The notes under the pieces: model-generated
The model's input: only the letters and a program-made list of their open reading frames with translations
What the model was told of the DNA's origin: nothing
Database searches by the model: none
Translations under genes and position numbers: made by a program
From: Baekduia sp.
GTDB lineage: Bacteria; Actinomycetota; Thermoleophilia; Solirubrobacterales; Solirubrobacteraceae
NCBI GenBank assembly: GCA_035554055.1
Contig: DATMIZ010000101.1
Location: 77 to 64,076 of the forward strand
Reading direction: 5' to 3'
Length of the DNA stretch: 64,000 bases
Part shown: positions 13,637 to 24,282 of the stretch, piece after piece
How the letters are laid out: each line of letters begins with the position of its first letter
How positions within the stretch are numbered: the stretch's first letter is position 1

Positions 13637-14575
13637 TTACTTGTGGATCGGGCCCGTGGAAACGGCCTCGAAGGCGCTGCCGGGAACACGCTTGAGCTGG
13701 TCGAGATCGTCGTCTTTCCAGCGCTTGTCGGGTGTGCCGGAGATGAACCAGTCGCTCCCGTTGTCGGCGACGATCATCCCGTACTTCTTCAGCGCCACCA
13801 TGATGATCTTGGCCTGCCCCTTGTAGCCCGAGATGTCATAGCTCGCCTTCATCCGCAGACGCAGGCCCATCGGCGGCAACGACGGGTCCGTGCTCGAAGA
13901 TGCCTTGTGCCGCGCCGGCAGGATGTAGCCGGCCTGCGTGCGCGACACGGTGAACCGCAGCGCGTGCGTGATCCGGCCGCGCTTGACCTCATCGGCGCGC
14001 GCGAGGCCGGGGAGGATCGGCAGGCCGGCGGCGTCAGCTGAGGTCCAGCCCGCGGGCCGCAGCTTGTTGGACTTCAGTTTGAAGACAGCGCCTGAGTCCG
14101 CGTCCCAACCGGAGCTCGTCTTCCTCGCGGCGAACAGTTCGTAGAGCCTGCACGTGCCCTTCTGCAACACGATCACGTGGCTGTCGCCCTCGCCGCCGCC
14201 CTCAATGTGGGCGTTGGGCGGGATCGGATACGGCCCCTTGTCGCTCTCATCGCCGTAGGCGGTGAAGTGGATCGGCACCTTCTTCTGGGTGCGTGGCACG
14301 ACCCTGAACGGGATGCCGTAATCGCCGTACTTGCCGGAGCCGAAGTCGGCGTGCAGGGTGTCGGCGGCGCCGATCGAGGCGATGTAGTCCGCTGACCGCG
14401 GATCGACGGGCAGCTTCGAGACGTCACGGTTCCAAGCGTTCGACGCCGGAAACACCGGGCAGCCGGCGATCTTCGTCGTCGCCTTGACCTTCGCGTCGGC
14501 GGGGTCGCCACTACCGGAGGCGACCAGCGCACCCGCTACCAGCAACGCTCCCACGAAAAGGACCTTGACGATCAT
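13637..14575 (-). CDS. Secreted hypothetical protein
   Basis: Signal peptide; WTSADAAGLPILPGL, PPMGLRLR, YGMIVADNG; TACGCT-N6-ATG. Confidence 0.75.
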   Translation of the reverse strand: MIVKVLFVGALLVAGALVASGSGDPADAKVKATTKIAGCPVFPASNAWNRDVSKLPVDPRSADYIASIGAADTLHADFGSGKYGDYGIPFRVVPRTQKKVPIHFTAYGDESDKGPYPIPPNAHIEGGGEGDSHVIVLQKGTCRLYELFAARKTSSGWDADSGAVFKLKSNKLRPAGWTSADAAGLPILPGLARADEVKRGRITHALRFTVSRTQAGYILPARHKASSSTDPSLPPMGLRLRMKASYDISGYKGQAKIIMVALKKYGMIVADNGSDWFISGTPDKRWKDDDLDQLKRVPGSAFEAVSTGPIHK

Positions 14576-14698
14576 CCGACGAGCGTATTGCGCGGCCCAT
14601 GCCGACTGGCCGAACGCCCGATTGCATTGCCGGAGCACCGATCGGCTGTTCTTACTGGGTGTGTGGCCCAGGAACTGCAGCCGATCCGTGTTTGGGGC

Positions 14699-15250
14699 CT
14701 AGATCAGCTTGTAGCTGTCGCGCGAGATGAAGAAGCCGCGGCCGGTCTCATCGTCGATGCATGTGATCCCGGCCTGCGCGCTCTTGCAGGTGATCAGTCC
14801 GGTCTTGTTCGCCTCGCCGTAAGCAAGGACGGGCGCATTTGGATTCAGCGTCGTGTCGCCGGCGCAGACGATGCGTGGTTCATCGCCGGCGGTGATCGAA
14901 AGCCCCTGGCCGTAGTCGAGCTGACAATCCGCGGGTCTCGGCGGCGGGCTCCAGGTCTTCGCCCTCACGTCGCAGCGGACCTCGGCGTCGATGCCGATGC
15001 ACGCGATATTCCCGCTCGGCGACCGGAACGACTCGAGCTGCCGGGGAGTCGGTGTCGGCGAGGCGGTGGTCGTGGCGGCCGCCGTCTCCGTGCTTGCCGT
15101 CGTGGCGGTCGTCTCGGGCTGAGTCTCAGTTTCCGTCTCAGCGACCGACGACGGCACCGATCGATCGGCCGTGTCGCCGCCTGAGTCGTCGTCGCCGCAG
15201 GCGGCGAGCACCAGGCAGGCGAGCAGAGCTATGAGCAGTAGCGAGCGCAC
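14699..15250 (-). CDS. Lipoprotein, DUF6636-like
   Basis: Lipobox LAAC, Thr-rich linker, FRSPSGNIAC, multiple Cys. Confidence 0.7.
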   Translation of the reverse strand: MRSLLLIALLACLVLAACGDDDSGGDTADRSVPSSVAETETETQPETTATTASTETAAATTTASPTPTPRQLESFRSPSGNIACIGIDAEVRCDVRAKTWSPPPRPADCQLDYGQGLSITAGDEPRIVCAGDTTLNPNAPVLAYGEANKTGLITCKSAQAGITCIDDETGRGFFISRDSYKLI

Positions 15251-15278
15251 GCGGGCAGGGTACGGCTTGGCCCACGGA

Positions 15279-16628
15279 CTAATGCAGGTTCGATTTCGTG
15301 TGCGCCCCGTCCGGCGCCATACCGGCGACATCGGCCAGCACGTCCGAGAGCGCGGCCGCCAACGACGGCCAGGACCACTGCTCCAGCGCCGCCCTGCGCG
15401 CCGCGATCCCACGCGCCGAACGTCCCTCGGGGTCATCGACGGCAGCGACGATCGCCTGCGCAAGCGCAGCCTCGTCATCGGGCTCGACGAGCCAGCCAGT
15501 CTCCCCGTCGCGCACGATCTCGCTCGGGCCGTAACGGTTAACGGCGATCGGCGGCAGACCGCAGGCCATCCCTTCCACGAGGACCAGACCGAACTGCTCG
15601 CGGACCGAGGCGAGCACCTGCACATCGGCGGCGTTGAAGAAGGCCGGCAGATCGGCGTGATCGCGCCACCCGGCGAGGAACACGTCCTGGGCGCCGCTGG
15701 CCACGATCGCGTCGGCCGGGTGCTCCGCCTCGTACTCGCCCGGATGCCCCCCGAGGATGACGAGCGCGGCGTGGCGCTTGGTCTCGCGCTGCGCCTTGGC
15801 GAACGCGCGGATCAGCAGTCCGAGCCGCTTGACCTCCGTGTACCGGCCGACTGCGATCAGAACCACCGCATCGCGCATCCGCGCGACCTCGTCGGCTTCG
15901 TAGGTGATCGTCCCGACCTCCTGGCCGGGCAGCCAGCCGCGTGGCTCCTCGAGCAGCTGCTCGCGCCAGAACGCATCGCGGTCGATGTCAGCGGGCTTGA
16001 AGCACTGCGGATCGAATCCATTGGGGGCGACGACGCAACACGCTGGATCGATGCCGAGCAGCTGTTGCGCGCGCTCCGCGTGACCTGGTGTCAGCACGAG
16101 CAGCCGCTCGCAGGCCTTGGCCCAGCGACGCATGCGCGCCGCCCAGGCATCGGCGTGGACCCAGTGGTCCGGGGCGCCAGCGGCGATCTGCTCGAGCATC
16201 AGCAGTTCGGTCCCGTGTAGATGGCCGACGATCGGAACTCCGGGAGCGACTCTCGCGGCCGCCTCGTTGAGCGGCGTCAGGTGATGGAGGTGCAGCAGAT
16301 CGGCATCGGGCGCACCGGCCTCCGTGAGCGCGCGCTCCCAAGCGGCGACATGCTCGGCGTACTCCTCGTCGCCGACCATCGCGAAGCAGCGGTCCGGAGC
16401 GCCCGGCCGATCCTCGTAGGAGGGATGCATCGGCGCGTCGCCCGCATCGAAATCGACCGCCACGACATCGAGCCCCGCGTAGAACTGCCGGGCGTCACCG
16501 AGGCCTTCGCACGAGCCAGACACGATCGTCACGTCCCAGCCATGGACCGGCAGCTCGTGGGCGATCGAACGGGCGACCTGTGCGGAGCCACCACGAGGAG
16601 AGAACAACAAGCCGTTAACAATTCGCAC
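15279..16628 (-). CDS. Glycosyltransferase family 4
   Basis: MRIVNG..RGGSA, AVGRYTEVKR, EQFGLVLVEGM (intact EX7E). Confidence 0.88.
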   Translation of the reverse strand: MRIVNGLLFSPRGGSAQVARSIAHELPVHGWDVTIVSGSCEGLGDARQFYAGLDVVAVDFDAGDAPMHPSYEDRPGAPDRCFAMVGDEEYAEHVAAWERALTEAGAPDADLLHLHHLTPLNEAAARVAPGVPIVGHLHGTELLMLEQIAAGAPDHWVHADAWAARMRRWAKACERLLVLTPGHAERAQQLLGIDPACCVVAPNGFDPQCFKPADIDRDAFWREQLLEEPRGWLPGQEVGTITYEADEVARMRDAVVLIAVGRYTEVKRLGLLIRAFAKAQRETKRHAALVILGGHPGEYEAEHPADAIVASGAQDVFLAGWRDHADLPAFFNAADVQVLASVREQFGLVLVEGMACGLPPIAVNRYGPSEIVRDGETGWLVEPDDEAALAQAIVAAVDDPEGRSARGIAARRAALEQWSWPSLAAALSDVLADVAGMAPDGAHTKSNLH

Positions 16629-16673
16629 GATCACCAGGGTATGCCCGGCACCTAATCGGGAAATGCGCGGACG

Positions 16674-17465
16674 TCAGCGCGGCGCGAAGACGAACGCGGT
16701 CGCGATCGCGCGACCACCCGCGACCGTGATGCCATGCGATTCGCGTGGGGTATTGGCGAGACGGCCGCCGCATACGAGCGATGTCGAACCGCCACCGTCA
16801 AGGTTCAGCGCATCGCGTGCGCCGAGTTCCTTGAGCAGCTGCGCGAGTTCGGAGATCGTCAGGCCCGCGTCGTCTGGGGCACGCCCATCGCATGCCACAG
16901 CGATCAGCGTGCTGTCGTTCATACCGAGCGCGGCACGCGGATGCCGGCCGATGGTGATGTCGGAGTCGAACTGGTCGGCGCCGGCGGAGAAGCCTTCGTC
17001 ATCGCCGGTCACGACCCGCCCCTCGGCCACGATCAGCGGCCCGGCCTGCAGCAGATCACCGTCCGGCGATGACGGGAGGCCATCGCGGCGCGCGATCCGG
17101 ACCGTGTTGTCGTGGGAGTGGACGCAGGCCCGAGTCCGCCCCCACGGCTCGGAGAACGCGAGCGACAACTGCCGCTCACCGTCGAGCCACAGCTCGCCCA
17201 GCGGAGACCCCGAGTGCTGGGCGTCGGCAGGGTTGCGCACGTAGAAGCCGCCGACCAGCGCCTCTTCGATCGCCGCCTCAGCGCACCACGACTCGAGCTG
17301 CGCCAGACCCGGGAGGCGCCGGATGACCAGCTGCGTGCGCGCGAGTTCGTAGCGGGCGACATGCACCGTCGTGACGGCGCCATCCGCCAGCTTCGCGCGG
17401 ATACTCGTGAGGTACGACTGCCGCGAGCTTCCCGCGACTGGGTGACGATCGATCGCACGCGGCAT
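16674..17465 (-). CDS. Phosphodiester glycosidase (NAGPA-like) family protein
   Basis: VGGFY, QAGPL, HPRAALG, ALNLDGGGST; start uncertain. Confidence 0.78.
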   Translation of the reverse strand: MPRAIDRHPVAGSSRQSYLTSIRAKLADGAVTTVHVARYELARTQLVIRRLPGLAQLESWCAEAAIEEALVGGFYVRNPADAQHSGSPLGELWLDGERQLSLAFSEPWGRTRACVHSHDNTVRIARRDGLPSSPDGDLLQAGPLIVAEGRVVTGDDEGFSAGADQFDSDITIGRHPRAALGMNDSTLIAVACDGRAPDDAGLTISELAQLLKELGARDALNLDGGGSTSLVCGGRLANTPRESHGITVAGGRAIATAFVFAPR

Positions 17466-17630
17466 GCGGGCGGCCGGGATGCTGTCAGAACGGGAGGCTG
17501 GAAGCGAGTCCGTCACGCGATCGCAACACCCGTGCTGGCGTAATGATGCCGTTCGTACACTGTTCCTGCATACTTGATCTGCCGCGGTCGCCAATGGCCA
17601 CGGATTGGGCGATTGGCGGAGCGAGAGACG

Positions 17631-19103
17631 ATGGCGATGGCGCAGACAACGGGATTTTTGGCGGCGGAGCAGTTCGAGGGCAAGCTCTACAGCGGCGGCT
17701 GGGTCGCCGGCAGCGAGCGCCTCGAGACGCGCGAACCGGCGACGGGCGAGCTCCTCTGTGAGGTCGGCGCTGCCGACACCGCACAGGTTCACGAGGCGAC
17801 GCGGGCCGCAGCCGCGGCACAGCCGGCGTGGGCGGCGACAGATCCCCTTGAGCGCATGGCGATCCTGCTGCGAGCCGCCGAAGTGTTCGAGGCCAACCAC
17901 GCGGAGATCTGCGATTGGCTCGTGCGCGAAGGCGGGGGCGTCCCCTTCAAGGCCGAAGCAGAGTTCGTGGGCTCGATCGTCGAGCTGCGCGAAGCGGCGG
18001 CGCTGGCACCACGCGCGCGCGGAGAGCTGATCCCCACTGTCGACGGCAGCCTTTCGAGCGCGGTCCGTGTCCCGGTCGGCGTCGTCGGCGTGATCATCCC
18101 GTGGAACTTTCCGTTCGCGCTCGGGATGCGTTCCATCGCCCCGGCGCTGGCGCTCGGCAACGCCGTCGTCCTCAAGTGCGATCCCAATACTCCGATCTGC
18201 GGTGGCTTCGTCTTCGCGCGTGCGTTCGAGGAGGCCGGATTGCCCGACGGGCTCCTCCATGTCCTACCTGGCGGCGCCGAGGCCGGGGCCGCGCTGACCA
18301 CAGCGCCCGACGTCGGAATGGTCTCGTTCACGGGTTCCACCGCTGCCGGGCGTAAGGTCGGCGCTTCCTGCGGCGAGAACCTCAAACACGTCTCCCTTGA
18401 ACTGGGCGGCAAGAACTCCTTCATCGTGCTCGAGGATGCCGATGTCGACGCGGCAGCATCCAACGGAGCGCTCGGCGCGTTCATGCACCAAGGGCAGATC
18501 TGCATGGCGGTGGGACGGCATCTTGTCCATGAGAAGGTCGCCGACGAGTACCTCGAAAAGCTTGCGGCCAGCGCAACGAACATGCCGGTCGGAAACCCGG
18601 CGACCGACAACGTTGGACTCGGGCCACTGATCAACGCGAGCCAGTTCGAGAAGGTCTCATCGATCGTCGCCGACAGCGTCGCTCAGGGTGCTGAGGTGCG
18701 CGCGGGCGGAGAGGGCCAGGCGCCCTTCTTTCCGGCGACCGTCCTCGCGGCGATGACGCCTGAGATGCGCGGCTGGCGTGAGGAGATCTTCGGGCCTGTT
18801 GCGCCCGTGATGACGTTCTCCGACGACGATGAGGTCATCGCGCTGGCAAACGACACCGAATACGGGCTCTCCACCGGGATCATCACCGGATCGGTGTCGC
18901 GCGGGCGACAGATCGTGTCGCAGTTGCGGACGGGAATGGCACACATCAACGGCCAGACCGTCAACCAGGACCCACGGGTGCCGTTCGGCGGCATGGGCGC
19001 CTCGGGCAACGGCAGCCGCTTCGGCGGCGACGCCAACCTGGACAACTTCACGCAGTGGCGCTGGATCACCGAGTTGGCACAGCCCATTACGTTTCTGTAC
19101 TAG
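17631..19103 (+). CDS. Aldehyde dehydrogenase (benzaldehyde dehydrogenase-like)
   Basis: IIPWNFP, FTGSTAAG, LELGGKN, HQGQICM, EEIFGPV. Confidence 0.92.
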   Translation: MAMAQTTGFLAAEQFEGKLYSGGWVAGSERLETREPATGELLCEVGAADTAQVHEATRAAAAAQPAWAATDPLERMAILLRAAEVFEANHAEICDWLVREGGGVPFKAEAEFVGSIVELREAAALAPRARGELIPTVDGSLSSAVRVPVGVVGVIIPWNFPFALGMRSIAPALALGNAVVLKCDPNTPICGGFVFARAFEEAGLPDGLLHVLPGGAEAGAALTTAPDVGMVSFTGSTAAGRKVGASCGENLKHVSLELGGKNSFIVLEDADVDAAASNGALGAFMHQGQICMAVGRHLVHEKVADEYLEKLAASATNMPVGNPATDNVGLGPLINASQFEKVSSIVADSVAQGAEVRAGGEGQAPFFPATVLAAMTPEMRGWREEIFGPVAPVMTFSDDDEVIALANDTEYGLSTGIITGSVSRGRQIVSQLRTGMAHINGQTVNQDPRVPFGGMGASGNGSRFGGDANLDNFTQWRWITELAQPITFLY

Positions 19104-19107
19104 CCGG

Positions 19108-20334
19108 TCAGCGCTGGGTGGTGGTGCAGGCCGCTGACGCGCCGGCGCCGTCGAAGCGGTTCCTGGTCCACTGCAACAGATCTGCGATCAGCGGAGACTC
19201 GCCGGCGACAAGCGACACGTGGCCGCGTCCGGCATAGGTGCGGAAGTCGATCGGCTGGCCTGCGTCGCAGGCAGCCCTCACGAATTGGCGCTGCATGCTC
19301 GGAAGAACAAGCTCGTCTTCGAGGCCTTGGGCGAGCAGGGTCGGAATGCCGGAGGGCTCGAGCGGCGTGTTCTGCGCGAGTCGTGTGGCGAGCGCGCCGG
19401 TCATGGGGTCCCTGGAGAACAGCTGACCGGCAGATGACGATGCGAGCGCCGCGTCGTCGCCGAGGCAGCGGCCGACAACCTGCTTGACGGCGGACTGCGC
19501 GGCAGGGCGGATGTAGTCGCTGACCTTCACGTCGGCGTACGCGTTGCTGTAGCCCTGGATGACAAAGGCAGAGAAAAGCGCCCCCAGGGGAATCTGCTGC
19601 AGCTGGCGCCCCAGTGCCGGGAGATCGGTGGCGGGCGCGAGCGCCGCGAGGCCGGCGAGCGGGACGTCGGGCGCGTACCGGCGGCCTTCGATTCCTGCCC
19701 AGAGCGCGACGCCGCCGCCCTGCGAATGTCCCCAGGCGACGGTCTTGTCGCTGAGTCGGTACGAGTCGAGCTTGCGCGCCGCGCGAACAGCGTCGAGCGC
19801 GGAGCGCGCCGCCGGGATACCGACGAGGTAGGGATGCCGGCCCTTGGTGCCGAGCCCGGGATAGTCGGGAGCCACAACGGCCCAGCCCGCATCGATGAGA
19901 CGGTCGAGGACCAGCATTCCTCCTGATGCGAAGGGCTGGCTGATCGCTGACGGTGCGCAACTCTGCGCGAGGCCGGTCGTGCCGTGGGCCCAGAGGATCA
20001 CCGGTACCGGCTCGCGGCCATCTTTGGGGGCGATGACGAGCCCGCTCGCAAGTTCGAGTTTTCCGGCGAGGTTCGTGGTCGTGAAGATGATCTTGCTGGC
20101 GCGCGCGTTGGCCGGGATCTCACGCGTGAATTCCTGCTCGCGGATCAGCTGTCCGGGATCACCGCCGAGCGGCGCCGGATCGGTGTAGAAGGAATCGACA
20201 GACGGCGCGTCGCCGGCGAGTCGTCGTGGCTCGTCCGACGAGCTGAACGGCTTGAGCGTCAATCCGGCGCCCGCCACGACCACGATCAGGACCAGCAAGA
20301 TCGCAAGCCACTTCGGCGAGTGCCCGACGTGCAT
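19108..20334 (-). CDS. Secretory lipase (LIP family)
   Basis: N-terminal TM, WAHGTTG, CAPS, APDYPGLG, GHSQGG; start could be 20385. Confidence 0.85.
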   Translation of the reverse strand: MHVGHSPKWLAILLVLIVVVAGAGLTLKPFSSSDEPRRLAGDAPSVDSFYTDPAPLGGDPGQLIREQEFTREIPANARASKIIFTTTNLAGKLELASGLVIAPKDGREPVPVILWAHGTTGLAQSCAPSAISQPFASGGMLVLDRLIDAGWAVVAPDYPGLGTKGRHPYLVGIPAARSALDAVRAARKLDSYRLSDKTVAWGHSQGGGVALWAGIEGRRYAPDVPLAGLAALAPATDLPALGRQLQQIPLGALFSAFVIQGYSNAYADVKVSDYIRPAAQSAVKQVVGRCLGDDAALASSSAGQLFSRDPMTGALATRLAQNTPLEPSGIPTLLAQGLEDELVLPSMQRQFVRAACDAGQPIDFRTYAGRGHVSLVAGESPLIADLLQWTRNRFDGAGASAACTTTQR

Positions 20335-20434
20335 TGCGACAACGCTACGCGGTCGGCGGTCCCGGATCGGATGGGATTCAGCCATGTGATCGAGTGCGTC
20401 TGGGCGCACACGGCCGGGTAGCACCTGCGCCAGG

Positions 20435-21949
20435 ATGCCTGCGCCCGCCACCGATCCCCTCTGGCTACAGAACACACCGACGCGGTCCTATCCGCAGCTG
20501 TCCGGCAACGTCGAGGTGGATGTCGCGGTGATCGGGGGCGGGATCGCCGGCATCACCACTGCCCTTCTCTGTAAGCGTGACGGCGCGCGCGTGGCGGTGC
20601 TGGAGCGCGGTGTCGTCGCCGGTGGCGCAACCGGCTACACGACCGCGAAGATCAGCGCGCTGCAGCAGACCAAGCTCGCGCAGATCCAGCGGATCCATGG
20701 TCAGCCGACCGCGACGATGTACGCCGGCGCATCGCTCGAGGCAATCGCGCTGATCGAGACGCTCATCCGTGAGCACGAGATCGACTGCTCCTGGGAACGG
20801 CTGCCCGACTGGACCTATGCCGCGTACGAGAGCCAGGTCGATGCGGTGCGCGAGCAGGCCGAAGTGGCTCGCGGCGCCGGACTGGACGTCCACGAGACGA
20901 CCGCGACGCCGCTGCCGTTCGAAGTCGCCGCCGCCGTGCGCCTCGACGACCAGGCGCAGTTTCATCCGGTCCGGTACGTACACGCACTCGCCCAGCTCAT
21001 CCCGTCCGATGGCTCACACGTCTTCGAGCGGACCGCTGTCGCCAAATTCGACGATGGCGACCCGGGCACGCTCACGACCGAGGACGGTCACACGGTCTCG
21101 GCGCGCGCGGTCGTCGTGTGCAGCAACTACCCACTGCTCGATCGCGGTCTCTTCTTCGCCCGCATGAAGGCCGCGCGCTCCTACCTCGTGGCGGCACGGG
21201 TCGCCGATGAGCCGGCCCAGGCGATGGCGATCAGCGCGGGCGAACCGACCCGATCGATGCGTCCTTACAGCGACGAAGGCGGTGTCCACTGGGTGCTGGT
21301 CGGCGGCGAGGGACACAGCACCGGCGCGCAGGAAGCGCAGCCCGAGCGTTACGAGGCGCTCGAGCGTTTTGCCCGTGAGCACTTCGACGTCGTCGACATC
21401 CCGTGGCGCTGGTCGACCCAGGACGGCATGCCACTCGACAATCTGCCCTACGTCGGGCGCTACCTGCCGGGTTCGCAACACCTTTTTGTCAACGCGGGAC
21501 ACCAGAAGTGGGGCATGACGAACGGCACGATCGGTGCGCGCATCGTCGCCGATCAGATCGCAGGTCGCTTGAACCGCTACGCGGACACGTTCGACCCCAA
21601 CCGCATCGCGGTGCGAGCCGCGCCCGAGCTAGTCAAGGCGCAGGCCACCGTGGGCGCCCACCTGATCGGTGATCGCCTCGCGCCCGCCGAAGCCGCCTCG
21701 GCCGACGAAGTGCCGCGCGGGGAAGCGCGGACGGTGCGCGAAGGCATCGCGAAGGTCGGCGTCCACCGTGACGACGATGGCGAGCTGCACACTGTCTCCC
21801 TGCGTTGCACCCACCTCGGCTGCCTGGTGCACTGGAATGCGGCGGAGCGCAGCTGGGACTGCCCCTGCCACGGCTCTCGCTTCGACATCGACGGTGCAGT
21901 GCTGGCGGGCCCGGCAGTCGCGCCGCTGGAAACGCGCGACGTGAGTTGA
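20435..21949 (+). CDS. FAD-dependent oxidoreductase with C-terminal Rieske domain (YhfW-like)
   Basis: VIGGGIAG, KWGMTNG, CTHLGC, WDCPCHGSRF. Confidence 0.9.
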   Translation: MPAPATDPLWLQNTPTRSYPQLSGNVEVDVAVIGGGIAGITTALLCKRDGARVAVLERGVVAGGATGYTTAKISALQQTKLAQIQRIHGQPTATMYAGASLEAIALIETLIREHEIDCSWERLPDWTYAAYESQVDAVREQAEVARGAGLDVHETTATPLPFEVAAAVRLDDQAQFHPVRYVHALAQLIPSDGSHVFERTAVAKFDDGDPGTLTTEDGHTVSARAVVVCSNYPLLDRGLFFARMKAARSYLVAARVADEPAQAMAISAGEPTRSMRPYSDEGGVHWVLVGGEGHSTGAQEAQPERYEALERFAREHFDVVDIPWRWSTQDGMPLDNLPYVGRYLPGSQHLFVNAGHQKWGMTNGTIGARIVADQIAGRLNRYADTFDPNRIAVRAAPELVKAQATVGAHLIGDRLAPAEAASADEVPRGEARTVREGIAKVGVHRDDDGELHTVSLRCTHLGCLVHWNAAERSWDCPCHGSRFDIDGAVLAGPAVAPLETRDVS

Positions 21950-21980
21950 AGCGTGGGCCGGGTAGCTCGCGGTTCCGAGC

Positions 21981-23426
21981 TCACATCCCAGCCACCTCAT
22001 CCTCGGCCGCGGCCGTACCGGGCAGCGCCAGCGCGAGCAGCGCGGCCACCAGCAGGAGGCCGATGACGACTACAGCGCTGCCGGTGAACGCCTCCGTGAA
22101 TGAGTGGCTCTCGAGCCGGGCAAAGAATACGGCGCCGACGACAGCCACTCCAAGCGCTCCGCCGAGTTGCTGGGCAGTGCTGAAGATGCCGCCAGCCCCG
22201 CCCGCGATCTCGCGAGGAACGGCGGCGAGCACCACATTGACGAGCGGGATGATCATCAGGGAGAGCCCGGCGCCGGCCACGACCAGGCCTGGCACCACCG
22301 GCCAGGGATCAGAACTCGTGTCGACCCGATCCGCCCCTGACACCACGCCGAATATGCCCGCGGCCATCACCACGCCGCCGATGCACAGCGTTTTTCTGCC
22401 ATGGCGCTGAGCGAGCGGAGCAGCCGCTGGAGCGAGCAGAAAGCTGCCGAGACTGAACGCCAGCAGCGTCAGGCCCGCCCCGAGCGGCGAGAAGCCCATG
22501 CCACTCTGGATCCAGAGCACAAAGACGACCGAGAAACCCTGGAGCCCGGCCGAGAACGCCAGCTGGACCAATAGGCCGGCGGAGAACGCGGGGACCCTCA
22601 GCGCGCTCATATGCAGCAGTGGGGCCACCCCGGCGCGTGGCCGACGTTCGGTGAGCGCCGCCAGGAGCACCAACCCGCCGAGGCCCGCCCCGAGCATCGC
22701 CCAGGTCCACGCCGGCCAGCCGATCCCGCGGCCCTCGAGCAGCGGATAGGCGATCGCGACGATCGCCGCGGCGAGTAACACGGCCCCGCGCACGTCGGGA
22801 CGGCCAGCCGTCGGATCGCTGCTCTCAGGCACGATGCGGATGGCAGCGACGAACGCGGCCAGTGCGACTGGAACGTTTACGAAGAAGATCATTCTCCAGC
22901 CCCAACCAAACAGATCCGCCTGCGTGAGCACTCCGCCGAGGACGAGGCCAATCGCCGAGGCGAAGCCGAGCACCGCCCCGTAGATGCCGAACACCTTGCC
23001 GCGCTCCTCGGCCTCAAAGATCACCCGGAAGGTCCCGAGGAGCTGTGGGATCATCGCCGCCGCGGCGACGCCCTGCACCACTCGTGCGGCAATCAGCGCC
23101 TCGGGCGACTGCGAAAGGCCGGCGGCCAGGCTCGCGATGCCGAAGGCGGCTATTCCGCCGCAGAAGATCCGCTTGCGGCCCAGCAGGTCGCCAAGATTTC
23201 CGGAGACGATCAGCGTGGCGGCGAAGGCGAGCATATAGGCGGAGACCACCCACTCAAGCTCCGTCGCACTCGCCCCGAGATCCACGCGAATCGTCGGCAG
23301 AGCGACATAGACGATCGTCAGATCGATCAGGTCCATCATCGCCGCCCCGATCATCACCAGCGCCGCAAGCCATCGCCGCGGGTACATCTCGTTGCCGGCT
23401 TGAAGAGCTGTCATTGCCGCTTTCAT
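21981..23426 (-). CDS. MFS drug efflux transporter (DHA2)
   Basis: AAGGAGG RBS; GNLGDLLGRKR, ARVVQG, WRMIFFVNVP. Confidence 0.9.
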   Translation of the reverse strand: MKAAMTALQAGNEMYPRRWLAALVMIGAAMMDLIDLTIVYVALPTIRVDLGASATELEWVVSAYMLAFAATLIVSGNLGDLLGRKRIFCGGIAAFGIASLAAGLSQSPEALIAARVVQGVAAAAMIPQLLGTFRVIFEAEERGKVFGIYGAVLGFASAIGLVLGGVLTQADLFGWGWRMIFFVNVPVALAAFVAAIRIVPESSDPTAGRPDVRGAVLLAAAIVAIAYPLLEGRGIGWPAWTWAMLGAGLGGLVLLAALTERRPRAGVAPLLHMSALRVPAFSAGLLVQLAFSAGLQGFSVVFVLWIQSGMGFSPLGAGLTLLAFSLGSFLLAPAAAPLAQRHGRKTLCIGGVVMAAGIFGVVSGADRVDTSSDPWPVVPGLVVAGAGLSLMIIPLVNVVLAAVPREIAGGAGGIFSTAQQLGGALGVAVVGAVFFARLESHSFTEAFTGSAVVVIGLLLVAALLALALPGTAAAEDEVAGM

Positions 23427-23481
23427 CGACTGCCTCCTTGGCGGAGTCGAACGTCCATCGTTAGACGAACGTCGTGTGGTT

Positions 23482-23548
23482 TCGAACACTGTTCTAGCAG
23501 ATCTGAGAATGAGACCCGAACATTCGGTGGTGGTAGTACGGTGTTCGA
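23482..23548. promoter_or_regulatory. Two putative TetR operators between the divergent MFS and TetR genes
   Basis: TCGAACACTGTTCTA (23482-96) and TAGTACGGTGTTCGA (23534-48) are inverted near-copies. Confidence 0.6.
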
Positions 23549-23549
23549 G

Positions 23550-24263
23550 ATGGCCAATAACCCGCCGCTGCCGCCGCCTCCCTGGCAGCGGGTTCCGGAA
23601 CGAGCCAAGAGCAGGCGCCGCGATCCGCTGACCCGTGAGACGATCGTGACGACCGCGATCCGGATCCTGGATGCTGAGGGCCTCGACCGCTTCAGCATGC
23701 GCCGCGTCGCCGAAGAGCTCGACACGGGCGCCGCATCGCTCTATTGGCACGTTGGATCGAAGGACGGTCTCCTGGACCTGATCATGGACGAGGTGGTCGG
23801 CGAGCAGGAGGTTCCGGAGCCGGACCCGGAGGGCTGGCAAGAGCAGATCAAGGAGGTTGCCCGGACGATGCGCCGGACGATCCTGCGGCACCGGGACATC
23901 GTCCGCATCTCAATCGGGCGGATCCCGATGGGCCCGAACGCCATGGTCCTCTCCGAGCGCGTACTAGCCATCCTGCGCGCCGGCGGAGTTCCGGACGAGC
24001 TCGCGGTGCAGAGCTACCTGCTGATGATGTCCATGGTCAACGGCTTCACCATGGACGAAGGGGGCTACGTGGAGGAGCCGCCCATAGGGGCTCCGTCGCT
24101 CGAGGAGGCGGGCGCGATGGTCCGCAGCTACCTCGCGGCGCTGCCCGCCAAGCAGTTCCCCAACCTCCGGGAGGTCGCGGACCATTTCGCGATCACCGAC
24201 CAGGACGCCCGTTTCGAAATGCTTCTCGACCTGTTTGTGGACGGACTCGCGGCCCGCGTCTAG
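23550..24263 (+). CDS. TetR/AcrR family regulator (TetR_C type)
   Basis: FSMRRVAEELDTGAASLYWHVGSKDGL HTH. Confidence 0.92.
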   Translation: MANNPPLPPPPWQRVPERAKSRRRDPLTRETIVTTAIRILDAEGLDRFSMRRVAEELDTGAASLYWHVGSKDGLLDLIMDEVVGEQEVPEPDPEGWQEQIKEVARTMRRTILRHRDIVRISIGRIPMGPNAMVLSERVLAILRAGGVPDELAVQSYLLMMSMVNGFTMDEGGYVEEPPIGAPSLEEAGAMVRSYLAALPAKQFPNLREVADHFAITDQDARFEMLLDLFVDGLAARV

Positions 24264-24282
24264 AGCGGGCCTTACTCCACGG

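Noticed and set aside
15279-24263. Active genomic island at tRNA-Asp
   Set aside because: No integrase or mobility genes and no distal att copy noticed; only the local 32-bp duplication is supported
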